Of a stretch of DNA of 64,000 bases, positions 28,201-37,227 are shown piece after piece. The stretch is taken from contig DUDT01000012.1 in NCBI GenBank assembly GCA_005110385.1, positions 84,600 to 148,599 of the forward strand, in the 5' to 3' direction. The DNA comes from Candidatus Melainabacteria bacterium. Its GTDB lineage: Bacteria; Cyanobacteriota; Vampirovibrionia; LMEP-6097. The position numbers were made by a program, and so were the translations under genes. Each line of letters starts with the position of its first letter. Within the stretch, counting starts at the first letter, position 1. The notes below the pieces were generated by a model, which had not been told where the DNA came from, did no database searches, and saw only the letters and a program-made list of their open reading frames with translations.

Positions 28201-28470
28201 ATGCTTAGCCTATTCTCCTTACCCTTTTTATTACTAGCTCTATTCTTACCTTTCCCTTATGCCTACTATACTCTACTAAGATTTTTAGTAACTGCTAATT
28301 CTTTATGGCTATTACAGAAGATCTCAGTAAGTGAGGCTCATAGGTTTACTCTTCTCGCAATCGCTGTATTGTACAATCCTTTGATCCCTGTTCATCTGAA
28401 TAAGCCTATATGGAACGTGATTAATTTTTTGACTATATTGTATTTTGTTTATATTGGTTATAAGAAATAA
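28201..28470 (+). CDS. small integral membrane protein, unknown function
   Basis: 89 aa with about 3 hydrophobic helices; divergent from the 27784-28137 gene. Confidence 0.5.
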   Translation: MLSLFSLPFLLLALFLPFPYAYYTLLRFLVTANSLWLLQKISVSEAHRFTLLAIAVLYNPLIPVHLNKPIWNVINFLTILYFVYIGYKK

Positions 28471-28667
28471 AATTCACTTTTATCAATTTCAGGCTTATAA
28501 GTTGCTTAGTACGAATTTATAGATCTTGTGTGTAATTTTGGCAAGCAAGATCCTTTACAGGAAAGGTTTTTAGTGAAATTTGCTGCTGATTATTTTCTCT
28601 GTGTTCTATGTGTTTCCTCTCTCGTGATTTATTATGATGAGTATTAGATATAATCTGATTATTCATC

Positions 28668-29315
28668 ATGAGAATTTTAAGCTGTTTATTAATCTTATGT
28701 ATTTTTTTGAGTGCATCATGCTCTAAGCCTATTAATCCTGCTGAGAAGTTCTACAATAAAGGACGTTTAGCTTATTCAAAAAAAAATTATAAGGAAGCTT
28801 TTGAGTACTATAAAAAAGCTGCTGAATTAGGTGATGCTAAGGGAATGAAAAATTTAGCAAGAATGTATTTTTTGGGAGAATATGCAAAAGAGAATTATAG
28901 CGAATGTTTTAAATGGCTCAAAAGATCCGCTGAGTTAAGAGATCCTGATGCAATGTTTATTTTGGGGCTTTTTCATTATTACGGTTGGAAACCTGTTATT
29001 CAAGATCATGGAGAAGCTATTAAGTGGTTTAAACAATCAGCTGAGTTAGGTGATGATGAGGCAATGATGTATTTAGGAAGCATCTACTATGTTACTCAAG
29101 AGAATAATAAAGCTTTCAAGTACTATAAAAAGGCCGCTGAATTAGGTAACGCTAAGGCAATGTATGAGTTAGGGAATATGTATTATTTAGGAGATGGAGT
29201 ACTATGGAAAGATCCTAAAAAAGCTAAATACTGGATAAAAAAAGCTTACGAAGCTGGTAATAAAGATGCAGAAAAGGCTTGGAATTCTCTGGCATTATGG
29301 AGTGCGAGACTCTGA
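28668..29315 (+). CDS. Sel1-repeat (SLR) lipoprotein
   Basis: Lipobox LSASC, then about five repeats of the form A..W(F/Y)KKAAELGD..AM..LG.MY..G. Confidence 0.85.
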   Translation: MRILSCLLILCIFLSASCSKPINPAEKFYNKGRLAYSKKNYKEAFEYYKKAAELGDAKGMKNLARMYFLGEYAKENYSECFKWLKRSAELRDPDAMFILGLFHYYGWKPVIQDHGEAIKWFKQSAELGDDEAMMYLGSIYYVTQENNKAFKYYKKAAELGNAKAMYELGNMYYLGDGVLWKDPKKAKYWIKKAYEAGNKDAEKAWNSLALWSARL

Positions 29316-29465
29316 AGATAGTAAAATGCCCTAGAGAACAGTCTAGAGTTGTGGAAGTGTTAATTAACCTTAAGCTCTGTGCCGCCAGTCTGAGATTAAG
29401 ATTCAGGTAAATGAAAATATTGATTTGGTACACTTACAAATCTTTGTGACAGGCGTTTAAGAGTT

Positions 29466-29924
29466 TTACTCCTTTTTTACAACTACACATCCTGATAAAA
29501 GATCGTGCAAGCACTGTTTTTTATTGCTAAAGAAAAATAATATATAACCAATAAAGATGGTTAAAATATTAAGCCAGTTCAAGAAATATCTTAGACTTGC
29601 TGTAGCAAAACAAACCTGTGAACCATCTAAACTCAATATTTTAATTCGTAATATTCTCTGTCCAATTGTGGATTGGTTTTTACCACTTTGTAGCAGACCA
29701 TAGTAAAACCAAGCAATTACAAGACCTAGCATGTTCCATTGACTTTCGCTGAATTCTATACCGCTGACAATTTTGACAATTACTAATGGAATGACGACTA
29801 GCGAGAAACATAAAACGGCTATAATGATAAGATCAATTAATCTGGCTCCTAGCCTCTCTAAAAATGAAGCAAGCTGATATTCCGTAACCTCATTCTCATT
29901 CTCTATAGTTATAATTTTGTTCAT
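29466..29924 (-). CDS. RDD family membrane protein
   Basis: RLGARLIDLIII, three helices and a C-terminal HDLLSGCVVV, typical of the RDD domain. Confidence 0.65.
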   Translation of the reverse strand: MNKIITIENENEVTEYQLASFLERLGARLIDLIIIAVLCFSLVVIPLVIVKIVSGIEFSESQWNMLGLVIAWFYYGLLQSGKNQSTIGQRILRIKILSLDGSQVCFATASLRYFLNWLNILTIFIGYILFFFSNKKQCLHDLLSGCVVVKKE

Positions 29925-30107
29925 ATTAACAAAGACAGAGCTTAACCATTTCAGCTTATGTTTATGAGCTAAACGCTTCCTGATCCTATCATATTTCCCT
30001 GTAGCCTATGTATTCACCCCATAATTACCTACTGAATGGCGACATATTCCCACCCCTATAAGTTGTAAGTCGTAAAATTTAATAACTGACAACTGACAAA
30101 GCCCCCC

Positions 30108-31619
30108 TCATTTTTGCATTAACCTAACTAAAATCGTAGGTTCTCCATTATTTGATTTATTTTTCTCTTGCCTCAAATCAATTACTTTTAGGTCTCTGAG
30201 TGTATCTAAAGCTAAATTAAATTGCTCACGATTGCGGTCATAGCCTCTCAGGCTATTAGCTAAGCTATTAATTTTGACTTCATAGTCTTTTTTATCACGA
30301 AGTTTATTAACGATTTTTACAGCCATATTAAGCACGCTAGAGAGTTCACGATTGTTTAAAAATTTAATCGTAGTATCTTCAATGTATTGGACTAAGGTTT
30401 CAGCTTGAGTTAAGGTCTCAATAGAAATTAATCGAGAATCTCTAAAGCTGGATTCTAGGCAATGTAAAATCCCTGCGATTTTAAATAAAGCTTCTCGCCA
30501 ATAACGATCAAGGCAGCTTATCAAGACATCGTTATAACAAAATTTATTTTTTTTATATTTATAATCTTCAAAAATCACCTGCTCATAATGCTGCGTTGCT
30601 TCATTATCTAGTTTCAAAGTGATATTACTAGTGCTATATAAGCCAAAGCTCCACAAATCAATTAGCGTATGTTTTATCGGATCTAAGTTTAAGAGTTTTT
30701 TATTTCGCCTAGGGAAAGCTATAGGAGGTTTAGAGTTACTGCAATCTATCAAATTCAGTCTAGCAAAGAATCCTGAGCCTAGATCTTCATCACTTAAATT
30801 ATTAGATAAGCTCTTCGTAGTTATTGGACCTAAAATGGAAATTAAAGCTTTATTCGGTAAATTTAAGTTTTTGCTGCTCTTGTAACTTACTAAATTATTG
30901 GAAATATTTCCACCGTATAAGCTAATGAGTAACTCTTTTAGAGCAGGTACTTCCTTGACTTTTTTTAACATTATTGAGATTTCTTCATCTGTCGCCATCA
31001 ATCCATAGCTCATACCATCACTGAGCATCTCAATGATTCTCTCTAAGCTGGTAACTAAAGGGAAACTAATCATTTCATTAACTGGTGCTTTGGGTTCTTC
31101 CATCTCTTCGCCCTTTTCCTCAGCCTTTAGGAATTTTTTCATTTCTCGGTTATAGTGTTTCAGGTCTTTAGCATATTTTTCTTTAACTGGATTCTCTAGC
31201 TCTCGAATTAAATCTAATACAGGCTTAGCTCCAGTACTTTTACCACAGCCACTAGGTCCTATAGGAAGTATCCAAGTATTTAAAAATAGATCTGAGCTTG
31301 GACCTTCGACTATGACTTTATCTCTTAAGAAGGAACCAGCTATAGAGATAATTGGAAAAACAATAGCAGCGTTTGCAATTTGTGTTATAGAGTCTTCTCT
31401 GTCTAGAAGAGCTTTTAAGCATGGAGCTAATGCTTCTTTCTCTAGATTTAAAGCATTTTCCAAAGTTAGTGAAGCTATTTTTTGATTTATTTCATGTTCA
31501 CTGAAAAGCTTATTCTCAAGCGGGTTTAGAGCTTGTTTTTCTAGCTCTTGGATATATTTTCTTCTATCTCCTTCACTAAGTTTATTCATTTGATCATCGA
31601 TCCCTGATTTTTCCGACAT
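30108..31619 (-). CDS. P-loop NTPase, DUF3987/YfjI-like (mobile-element replicative helicase-like)
   Basis: Walker A GPSGCGKST, Walker-B-like LMATDE; 503 aa; adjacent to a Toprim-like gene. Confidence 0.55.
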   Translation of the reverse strand: MSEKSGIDDQMNKLSEGDRRKYIQELEKQALNPLENKLFSEHEINQKIASLTLENALNLEKEALAPCLKALLDREDSITQIANAAIVFPIISIAGSFLRDKVIVEGPSSDLFLNTWILPIGPSGCGKSTGAKPVLDLIRELENPVKEKYAKDLKHYNREMKKFLKAEEKGEEMEEPKAPVNEMISFPLVTSLERIIEMLSDGMSYGLMATDEEISIMLKKVKEVPALKELLISLYGGNISNNLVSYKSSKNLNLPNKALISILGPITTKSLSNNLSDEDLGSGFFARLNLIDCSNSKPPIAFPRRNKKLLNLDPIKHTLIDLWSFGLYSTSNITLKLDNEATQHYEQVIFEDYKYKKNKFCYNDVLISCLDRYWREALFKIAGILHCLESSFRDSRLISIETLTQAETLVQYIEDTTIKFLNNRELSSVLNMAVKIVNKLRDKKDYEVKINSLANSLRGYDRNREQFNLALDTLRDLKVIDLRQEKNKSNNGEPTILVRLMQK

Positions 31620-31630
31620 AAATACTCCTT

Positions 31631-32275
31631 TTAAATTGTCATCTCTTTGGGTCTTGCACCTGCTCTATATAAAAATATTGAAAACTCATCTAAGGCTTTT
31701 CGCACATTAGGCTTGGTTTTGATATCATCATCAAATAATAAAAATACTGTTCTATTCTCTAAAACGAAGCATGATAGATCTTTCTTGAAGTCTTCAGAAC
31801 ACCAGCCCCATACACCTGGTATGGAGATGACAGCTTTACCAAGACTCGCTAAGCATGAAGCTTTCTTCTCACCTTCAGTGAAAATGATTGGAATTGAAGA
31901 ATCTTTCATGACTTCCTGCCAGCGTGCAAACTCTAAGAATGGATAAAAGGGAACTAGAGGGACACCTTTTTTCTGATGATATTTGATTTCAAAAGGTTGC
32001 TTAAGATTTTTGTGGCGATAAAATCGAATCCTGTAGCTTACGGGGTCTAGCATTGGAACTTGCCAGCCCCAGAAATCATCTTCTTGATAGCCGTCTAGAG
32101 CTATTCGTTTCATAGATAAACCTGAATTGAATAATTCTCTTAAGATATACGTGGCTGAGATTCTTGAATAGACAAGTCTTTCAATCTCTTTTTCATTTAG
32201 AGATGAAATATCAATAATGGTTTTATTAAATTTATTATTCATAGTATTTTCTTTTATTGCCTGTAACTCATACAT
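31631..32275 (-). CDS. DUF3854/Toprim-like protein
   Basis: PIIFTEGEKKASCLAS (TEGxxKA) and FLLFDDD acidic motif. Confidence 0.5.
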   Translation of the reverse strand: MYELQAIKENTMNNKFNKTIIDISSLNEKEIERLVYSRISATYILRELFNSGLSMKRIALDGYQEDDFWGWQVPMLDPVSYRIRFYRHKNLKQPFEIKYHQKKGVPLVPFYPFLEFARWQEVMKDSSIPIIFTEGEKKASCLASLGKAVISIPGVWGWCSEDFKKDLSCFVLENRTVFLLFDDDIKTKPNVRKALDEFSIFLYRAGARPKEMTI

Positions 32276-32428
32276 GTACGTGTTTCACTAATCCTTTCCT
32301 TGAAAGGTTTTAGATTGTTTCTAAAATAAAATTTGCTATAATGAAGCTACTCAATTTTCAAACAGCAATCTAGGGCAGCTTTAGCTGCCTTTTGATTAAG
32401 AAGAGTCTAGTTTATAAATCATTCCTAA

Positions 32429-33375
32429 TTACCATTCCTTTTGACTCTCTAAGACCTCTTCGAGGCATGGGTTCACATAACTTTGTGTGGTTAATATACT
32501 TTGATGCCCTGCGATCATTTGCAGGTAAGGCATAGGTGCGCCCTTGCTTGCATAATGGGTAAGGCAGCCCCTTCGGAGGCTATGCCATGAACCAGAAAGC
32601 CCAGCTTTTTGAGTAAGTACCTTAAGCCTTTTCTCTAAGCGGTCCCGCTTTAATGGTCTGCCATCTGGTAATAAAAATAATTTATCTTCATTCATCGTTT
32701 CTACCTCTCATTTCAATATAGTTTTTTAAATCCTCTTTTAAAGCCTTATTAATGGCTACCCAGCGATTTTTACCGCCCTTACCGTTAAATATAAGAATTT
32801 TCCCTTCATCAAGAAAAACATCACCGAGATTTAAATTACAAATTTCCGAGACCCGAAGCCCAGTATAAAAAGCGAATTTTAAAAGAATCTCATTTAAATT
32901 CTTTGATGCTTGATTAGTTTTAAGTCTCTGATTGGCTTCTAATAGTAGATTTAATTCTTTCTCTCTAAAAGTAGGTCTGCGTATATCTTTATGGCGTTTG
33001 ATTTTTATACTTCTTAATCGCTCAAGAATATTATCGCTATCTCTAAGCATTGAATACCCCCTGTCTTATTAAAAACTTTGCTAAGCTAATAGCCGCTTCT
33101 TTACAGTGTTTACGGCTAGAAAATTGTTCGGGTTTATGAGCTTCTATAGCTTGAACTGTAGCCTCGTATAGATTAGAATAATCTGCTTCTAATAAATGCC
33201 AGATTTTATTCATCGCATTTAAATAGATGCGTATGCAGTCAAAGCTAATAGCTCTGCCGTATGGTTGTGAGCCATTTTGCATGGCAGCCACCCAGCTATA
33301 TACGATTTCTTGGTACTGCTCTGGTACTTTCTTCAAAAGATTTCCATAAGCGTGGCTAGTTAATGACTTGGTCAT
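32429..33375 (-). pseudogene. tyrosine recombinase split into three ORFs by two frameshifts
   Basis: 33375-33043 N-terminal SAM-like domain; 33050-32688 YTGLRVSEICNL (Arg I); 32695-32429 HSLRRGC and GHQSILTTQSY. Both junctions are 8-nt overlaps (ATGCTTAG, ATGAATGA). Confidence 0.75.
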
Positions 33376-33753
33376 ATCTTTATTTCCTATTTATATTAGG
33401 GGGTTACTCAGCCTTTGCTAAATGCCCCGCTAATCTATTTGTATTATATTGGCTTATTTTCAAAGCCCTTAATTCCATAAGCGTTGCTGGTTAATGACTT
33501 GGTCATATCTTCATTTCCTATTCTTGGCTTATTATAGTCTCTACTTTTTAATTAAATCGCAGAATAGGTATTGATGTGTAAAACATTAAAGCTCTTACAG
33601 TAGCTATATGGCCTCTGAGTAGAAAAGGTGCTTTATCTGCCTCTTACCCATAATCAAATTCTAACAGGGCTAATAAAGCTAGAGATACTAGGTATAATCT
33701 AAGAAGGTGAAGCGCAAGACGCAAGTTTTTTCACCTTCTGGAATCTTTATAAA

Positions 33754-33828
33754 TGGTGCGCCTGGATAGATTTGAACCATCGACCAATCGGTTAAAAGCC
33801 GAGTGCTCTACCGCTGAGCTACAGGCGC
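33754..33828 (-). tRNA. tRNA-Lys (anticodon UUU)
   Basis: Reverse complement GCGCCTG-TA-GCTC-AGCGGTA-GAGC-A-CTCGG-CTTTTAA-CCGAT-TGGTC-GATGG-TTCAAAT-CTATC-CAGGCGC-A-CCA folds as a cloverleaf. Confidence 0.92.
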
Positions 33829-34057
33829 TCATACAAATAGTTAATATATCATAAGTTCAAGCCTTATTTTAAAGCCAAGCTTTTTTTTATATTAATTTCA
33901 AAATCTATTCTTATTAATAAGGAAGACTGTTACGGAAAATTCTCTATTGAAAATTTTTGGGGAAAAATGACCCCTTAAAATTTTCCATTCTAAAGTTTAT
34001 TATAAAAACCCTAGTTAAATATTCTGAGTTCCAATCACAAAGGGGTTTATAGAAAAA

Positions 34058-35986
34058 ATGAATAAGATGAGAAATAGAGATGGCTGGGGAGGAAGGATTC
34101 GAACCCTCGAATGGCGGGACCAAAACCCACTGCCTTACCACTTGGCGACTCCCCAAAAATTTGAACATAATAATAATACTTTATTTTTTGGATTCCTGTC
34201 ACTTGGCTTCTTAATTTTTTTATGTTTCACTTTTAATAAAGCGGCAGCACAGCTGCCACCAAGCTTGTCTATTTTAGAGCTGAATAGGCGAAGAGTGGTT
34301 AATGCTAGTTTGAGTCCGCTAACGGCGGTTCTAGCTACAGATGAGCAATTGATTTATTCTCTGAACAGTAGGATTTTTGTAGATGAATCTTCACTGCCAA
34401 ATATTAATCTTCTAGATGAAAATGAGAGCTTTAAAGTAAATCGTATTTATCAAAATGCTACTGATATCTATTTCGCAACTAATGTGGGGCTGATTAGGAA
34501 TCAGCAGCGAATATTTACCAAAACTGGGGTTAATGATATTAGTTTTACTAAAGATAAAATTTATCTAAGTACGGATCTCGGGCTTTATGCTTCTGATATT
34601 TCGTCTCTACGCTGGGAGCTTGTAACTAAGGCAAATCTGCGGATTCTACAATGCAAACCTTCACTTAAATCTAAGAACCTTTTTTATTTACTCACGGTAA
34701 ATGGTTTTTATACTTTTAATTCTAAAAAGAATCTTGTGGTGAAAGTTAATCAGGGATTAGTGTTTAATTCTGATTCTGAATTAAAGGGGCGGCTCGAAAT
34801 TTTAAAACACAAGCAGCTTAAGGAAGAGCTGATTTATCTTGCTTTAAATAATGCTGTTTATAAGCTTGATGGTGCTAAAAAAAGCTGGCGTCGTTTAACT
34901 GACAAGGGTTTGGTTTTTGATCAAGATTCGCAGATGCAGGTGGTGGATATTTTCTATAAAGATGATTATTTATTTTTGGTTGCGAGTACTGGATTGTTTT
35001 ACGCTAAGTTAGGCTTAGGAAATGAAGTCACAGAGTGGCATAAGGTGAGTTCGGCGGAATTTAATTTAGATGAAAATTTTTTAGAAGGTTTTACTGCTTC
35101 TAGTTTTTCTAAGCAAGATAAAAGCATCTCTTTGTTTATAGGTAATTTTAGAGGCGATTTATATCAGCTCAGGCTTGGAGATTCAGGGCATGACCTAGAA
35201 ATTAGGGATGGACAGCAGTCCTCTGTGGCTCTCCTTGAGCCGATTGCATTGTCGTCAGCTCTAAATAAGGATCATGAGATTAAGAGTGAAGAAAAAACGA
35301 CTCAAGATATTATAAGTCCTAGTGAAAAGCCTGATGCGTTAGATTCGAAGGAGAAATTAAAGCTGATTTTTTCTTTAGAACCCACTATTCAAGAGACTCA
35401 AACTAAGGCTCTTCAGTTTTCGGGGATTCCTTCTGGGATGCAGTTTGGGGCTTATAAGCGGCAGGCTCGTTTAAGGAATGTTCTGCCACAGATCGATACA
35501 TCTTTCGATAATTCTGATTATGCTCTAAGTAGCTTAGAGACTCGTGGTTCAGACCAGTATGATTCGGCTGATAGTAGTATAAATAGTTCTTTAGATAAAA
35601 ATCGCAAAGCTTCTGCTGATAATGAGTTTAATACAGGCTTTCGCTTTACTTGGCATTTAGATCGTTTAATATATGATCCAGAGATTATAGACATAGTAAA
35701 TAGCGCAAGAGTTTCAGCGAATATTCGTGAAAACCTTCTTACTGAGCTAACTCAGATTTATTTCCAGAGGAAAAATCTTTTATCTGAGCTTATATCTAAT
35801 CCCTTCTCTAGGACTATGACTCAGAAGTTTAAATTGCAGGAACTTACTGCTGATATAGATGCTAGAACGGGTGGCTGGTACAGTCTTGCCTTGAGAAGTC
35901 GATTCAGGGAGGCTGCTGCGCGAAACACAGTGAGTGATTTGGAAAAAATATTAGAGGAGCTAGATATTAACTATGAAAATATTTAA
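34058..35986 (+). CDS. secreted repeat (beta-propeller-like) protein; true start uncertain because the first ~98 nt overlap tRNA-Gln
   Basis: Signal-peptide-like LFFGFLSLGFLIFLCFTFNKAAAQ begins just after the tRNA; recurring IYxxTxxGLY-type blades; 642-codon ORF. Confidence 0.55.
   Translation: MNKMRNRDGWGGRIRTLEWRDQNPLPYHLATPQKFEHNNNTLFFGFLSLGFLIFLCFTFNKAAAQLPPSLSILELNRRRVVNASLSPLTAVLATDEQLIYSLNSRIFVDESSLPNINLLDENESFKVNRIYQNATDIYFATNVGLIRNQQRIFTKTGVNDISFTKDKIYLSTDLGLYASDISSLRWELVTKANLRILQCKPSLKSKNLFYLLTVNGFYTFNSKKNLVVKVNQGLVFNSDSELKGRLEILKHKQLKEELIYLALNNAVYKLDGAKKSWRRLTDKGLVFDQDSQMQVVDIFYKDDYLFLVASTGLFYAKLGLGNEVTEWHKVSSAEFNLDENFLEGFTASSFSKQDKSISLFIGNFRGDLYQLRLGDSGHDLEIRDGQQSSVALLEPIALSSALNKDHEIKSEEKTTQDIISPSEKPDALDSKEKLKLIFSLEPTIQETQTKALQFSGIPSGMQFGAYKRQARLRNVLPQIDTSFDNSDYALSSLETRGSDQYDSADSSINSSLDKNRKASADNEFNTGFRFTWHLDRLIYDPEIIDIVNSARVSANIRENLLTELTQIYFQRKNLLSELISNPFSRTMTQKFKLQELTADIDARTGGWYSLALRSRFREAAARNTVSDLEKILEELDINYENI
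34081..34155 (-). tRNA. tRNA-Gln (anticodon UUG)
   Basis: Reverse complement TGGGGAG-TC-GCC-AAGTGGTAA-GGC-A-GTGGG-TTTTGGT-CCCGC-CATTC-GAGGG-TTCGAAT-CCTTC-CTCCCCA-G-CCA; has the U1-A72 pair typical of tRNA-Gln. Confidence 0.9.
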
Positions 35987-37220
35987 AACTAATTATAATA
36001 AATCGAGTTATAAACTTGGACAAAGCTTGTTTGCCTGCTTGCTTGTTCTTGATCTGATGCTTGTTGGGTTATTTTCACCAGCTTGCTCAAAGATAATCCC
36101 TTTTAAACCAAATCTGCAACTGCTTAAAGATTTTATGGCTAAAGGTGAGACTATGACTCTGAAAGGCACTGGTTTAATTCAGAATTTAGACACTGCTTAT
36201 AAAATTAGGTTAATGGCTGTCACTGATACTAGCTTATTACCTATCGACCTAGAGATACTTTCTGTAGAGGCTGGGGAACTAAATTCTGTAATCCCGGAGG
36301 ATATTCCTTATGGTGATTATAAAATAGAGTTTCAGCTAAGAAGTCGCTATCTAAAAACCCCGAAGCTGCTTTTAGCGGATATTCTGAAAATTAGACCTAA
36401 AGCCGTCACTGACTTTAGCTTAAAGGCTGATGTTTTATTAAAAGCAGAGAATTTAACAGCTCTTCTCAGTGGTGCTAAGGCAAATGATTTTAAATTAATC
36501 CTAAATTTAAATGACGTAGATGAGGAAGTGGACTCTATCTTAGAGCAGGCAGATAGTTTAAGTCTTGATGCGAATCTGAGTAGAGAGGCTCTAAAACAGA
36601 AAGTCATAGGGCGTATTTTAAAATTAGGTTTAAATACAGCACAGGTTTATACCTTGGAAGATGGCTTTAAAAGCTTGCTTACGACTTCAGTAAATTTTTA
36701 CTATTTACCTCTGGATGTCTTTCAGCAAGAGCTATTTGTTTCTTTAAATCCTTTTTCTGTAGTGATGAAGCAGAATTTTACAAATAAATCCTTTGATGTC
36801 AGTTCCGTGATAAAAAAAGAGCAGCAAGGCTTGACTACAACATACTATTTAAAAGCTTTTGAAAAGCCTTATTATTTAAGTAGAAGTATAGAAGCTTCTG
36901 CACTTGGTATTGAGAAGATGCGAGTTATTGGTGATGAGTTCGCTGTCATTAAGAATTTAGGTATTAATTCTTTTAAATTAAGAAAATGTAGGCTCGCAGA
37001 TTCGTTGAGAATTAGATTTGAGTTTACTCAAGATATAGAGCTTTTGCCAGAGGCAGCGGTTAGCGTGAATGGTGATCTAGGCTTAAATAATACTGGAGCT
37101 GATTTTTTAAGCTTAAGCTGTGAAGTTGATCAAGGCTCAGGGCTTAAATATGTAATTCTAGACGAGTTTTCTTATTCTAAGACGAATGAAGAGGGTTTTG
37201 CTGTGAGGGATTTGCTATGA
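35973..37220 (+). CDS. hypothetical lipoprotein
   Basis: Lipobox-like FSPAC after a hydrophobic helix; overlaps the upstream gene by 14 nt (operon-like). Confidence 0.55.
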   Translation: MKIFKTNYNKSSYKLGQSLFACLLVLDLMLVGLFSPACSKIIPFKPNLQLLKDFMAKGETMTLKGTGLIQNLDTAYKIRLMAVTDTSLLPIDLEILSVEAGELNSVIPEDIPYGDYKIEFQLRSRYLKTPKLLLADILKIRPKAVTDFSLKADVLLKAENLTALLSGAKANDFKLILNLNDVDEEVDSILEQADSLSLDANLSREALKQKVIGRILKLGLNTAQVYTLEDGFKSLLTTSVNFYYLPLDVFQQELFVSLNPFSVVMKQNFTNKSFDVSSVIKKEQQGLTTTYYLKAFEKPYYLSRSIEASALGIEKMRVIGDEFAVIKNLGINSFKLRKCRLADSLRIRFEFTQDIELLPEAAVSVNGDLGLNNTGADFLSLSCEVDQGSGLKYVILDEFSYSKTNEEGFAVRDLL

Positions 37221-37227
37221 TTGATGT

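Larger units (their letters stand above)
25272..33798. mobile_element. integrative genomic island in tRNA-Lys (8,437 bp between 45-bp direct repeats)
   Basis: Perfect 45-bp repeat at 25272-25316 and 33754-33798 (the latter is the 3' part of tRNA-Lys); recombinase genes at both ends; replication-type genes inside. Confidence 0.75.

Noticed and set aside
33701-33739. Hairpin AGAAGGTGAA...TTCACCTTCT as the rho-independent terminator of tRNA-Lys
   Set aside because: The stem is clear, but neither strand has a proper downstream U-tract. I therefore did not annotate it as a terminator. It also contains the sub-terminal island repeat and may be a recombination-related site.
33944-34168. Track ORF 33944-34168 (-)
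   Set aside because: It overlaps tRNA-Gln on the same strand, and the rest of it is low-complexity AT-rich sequence. It is spurious.
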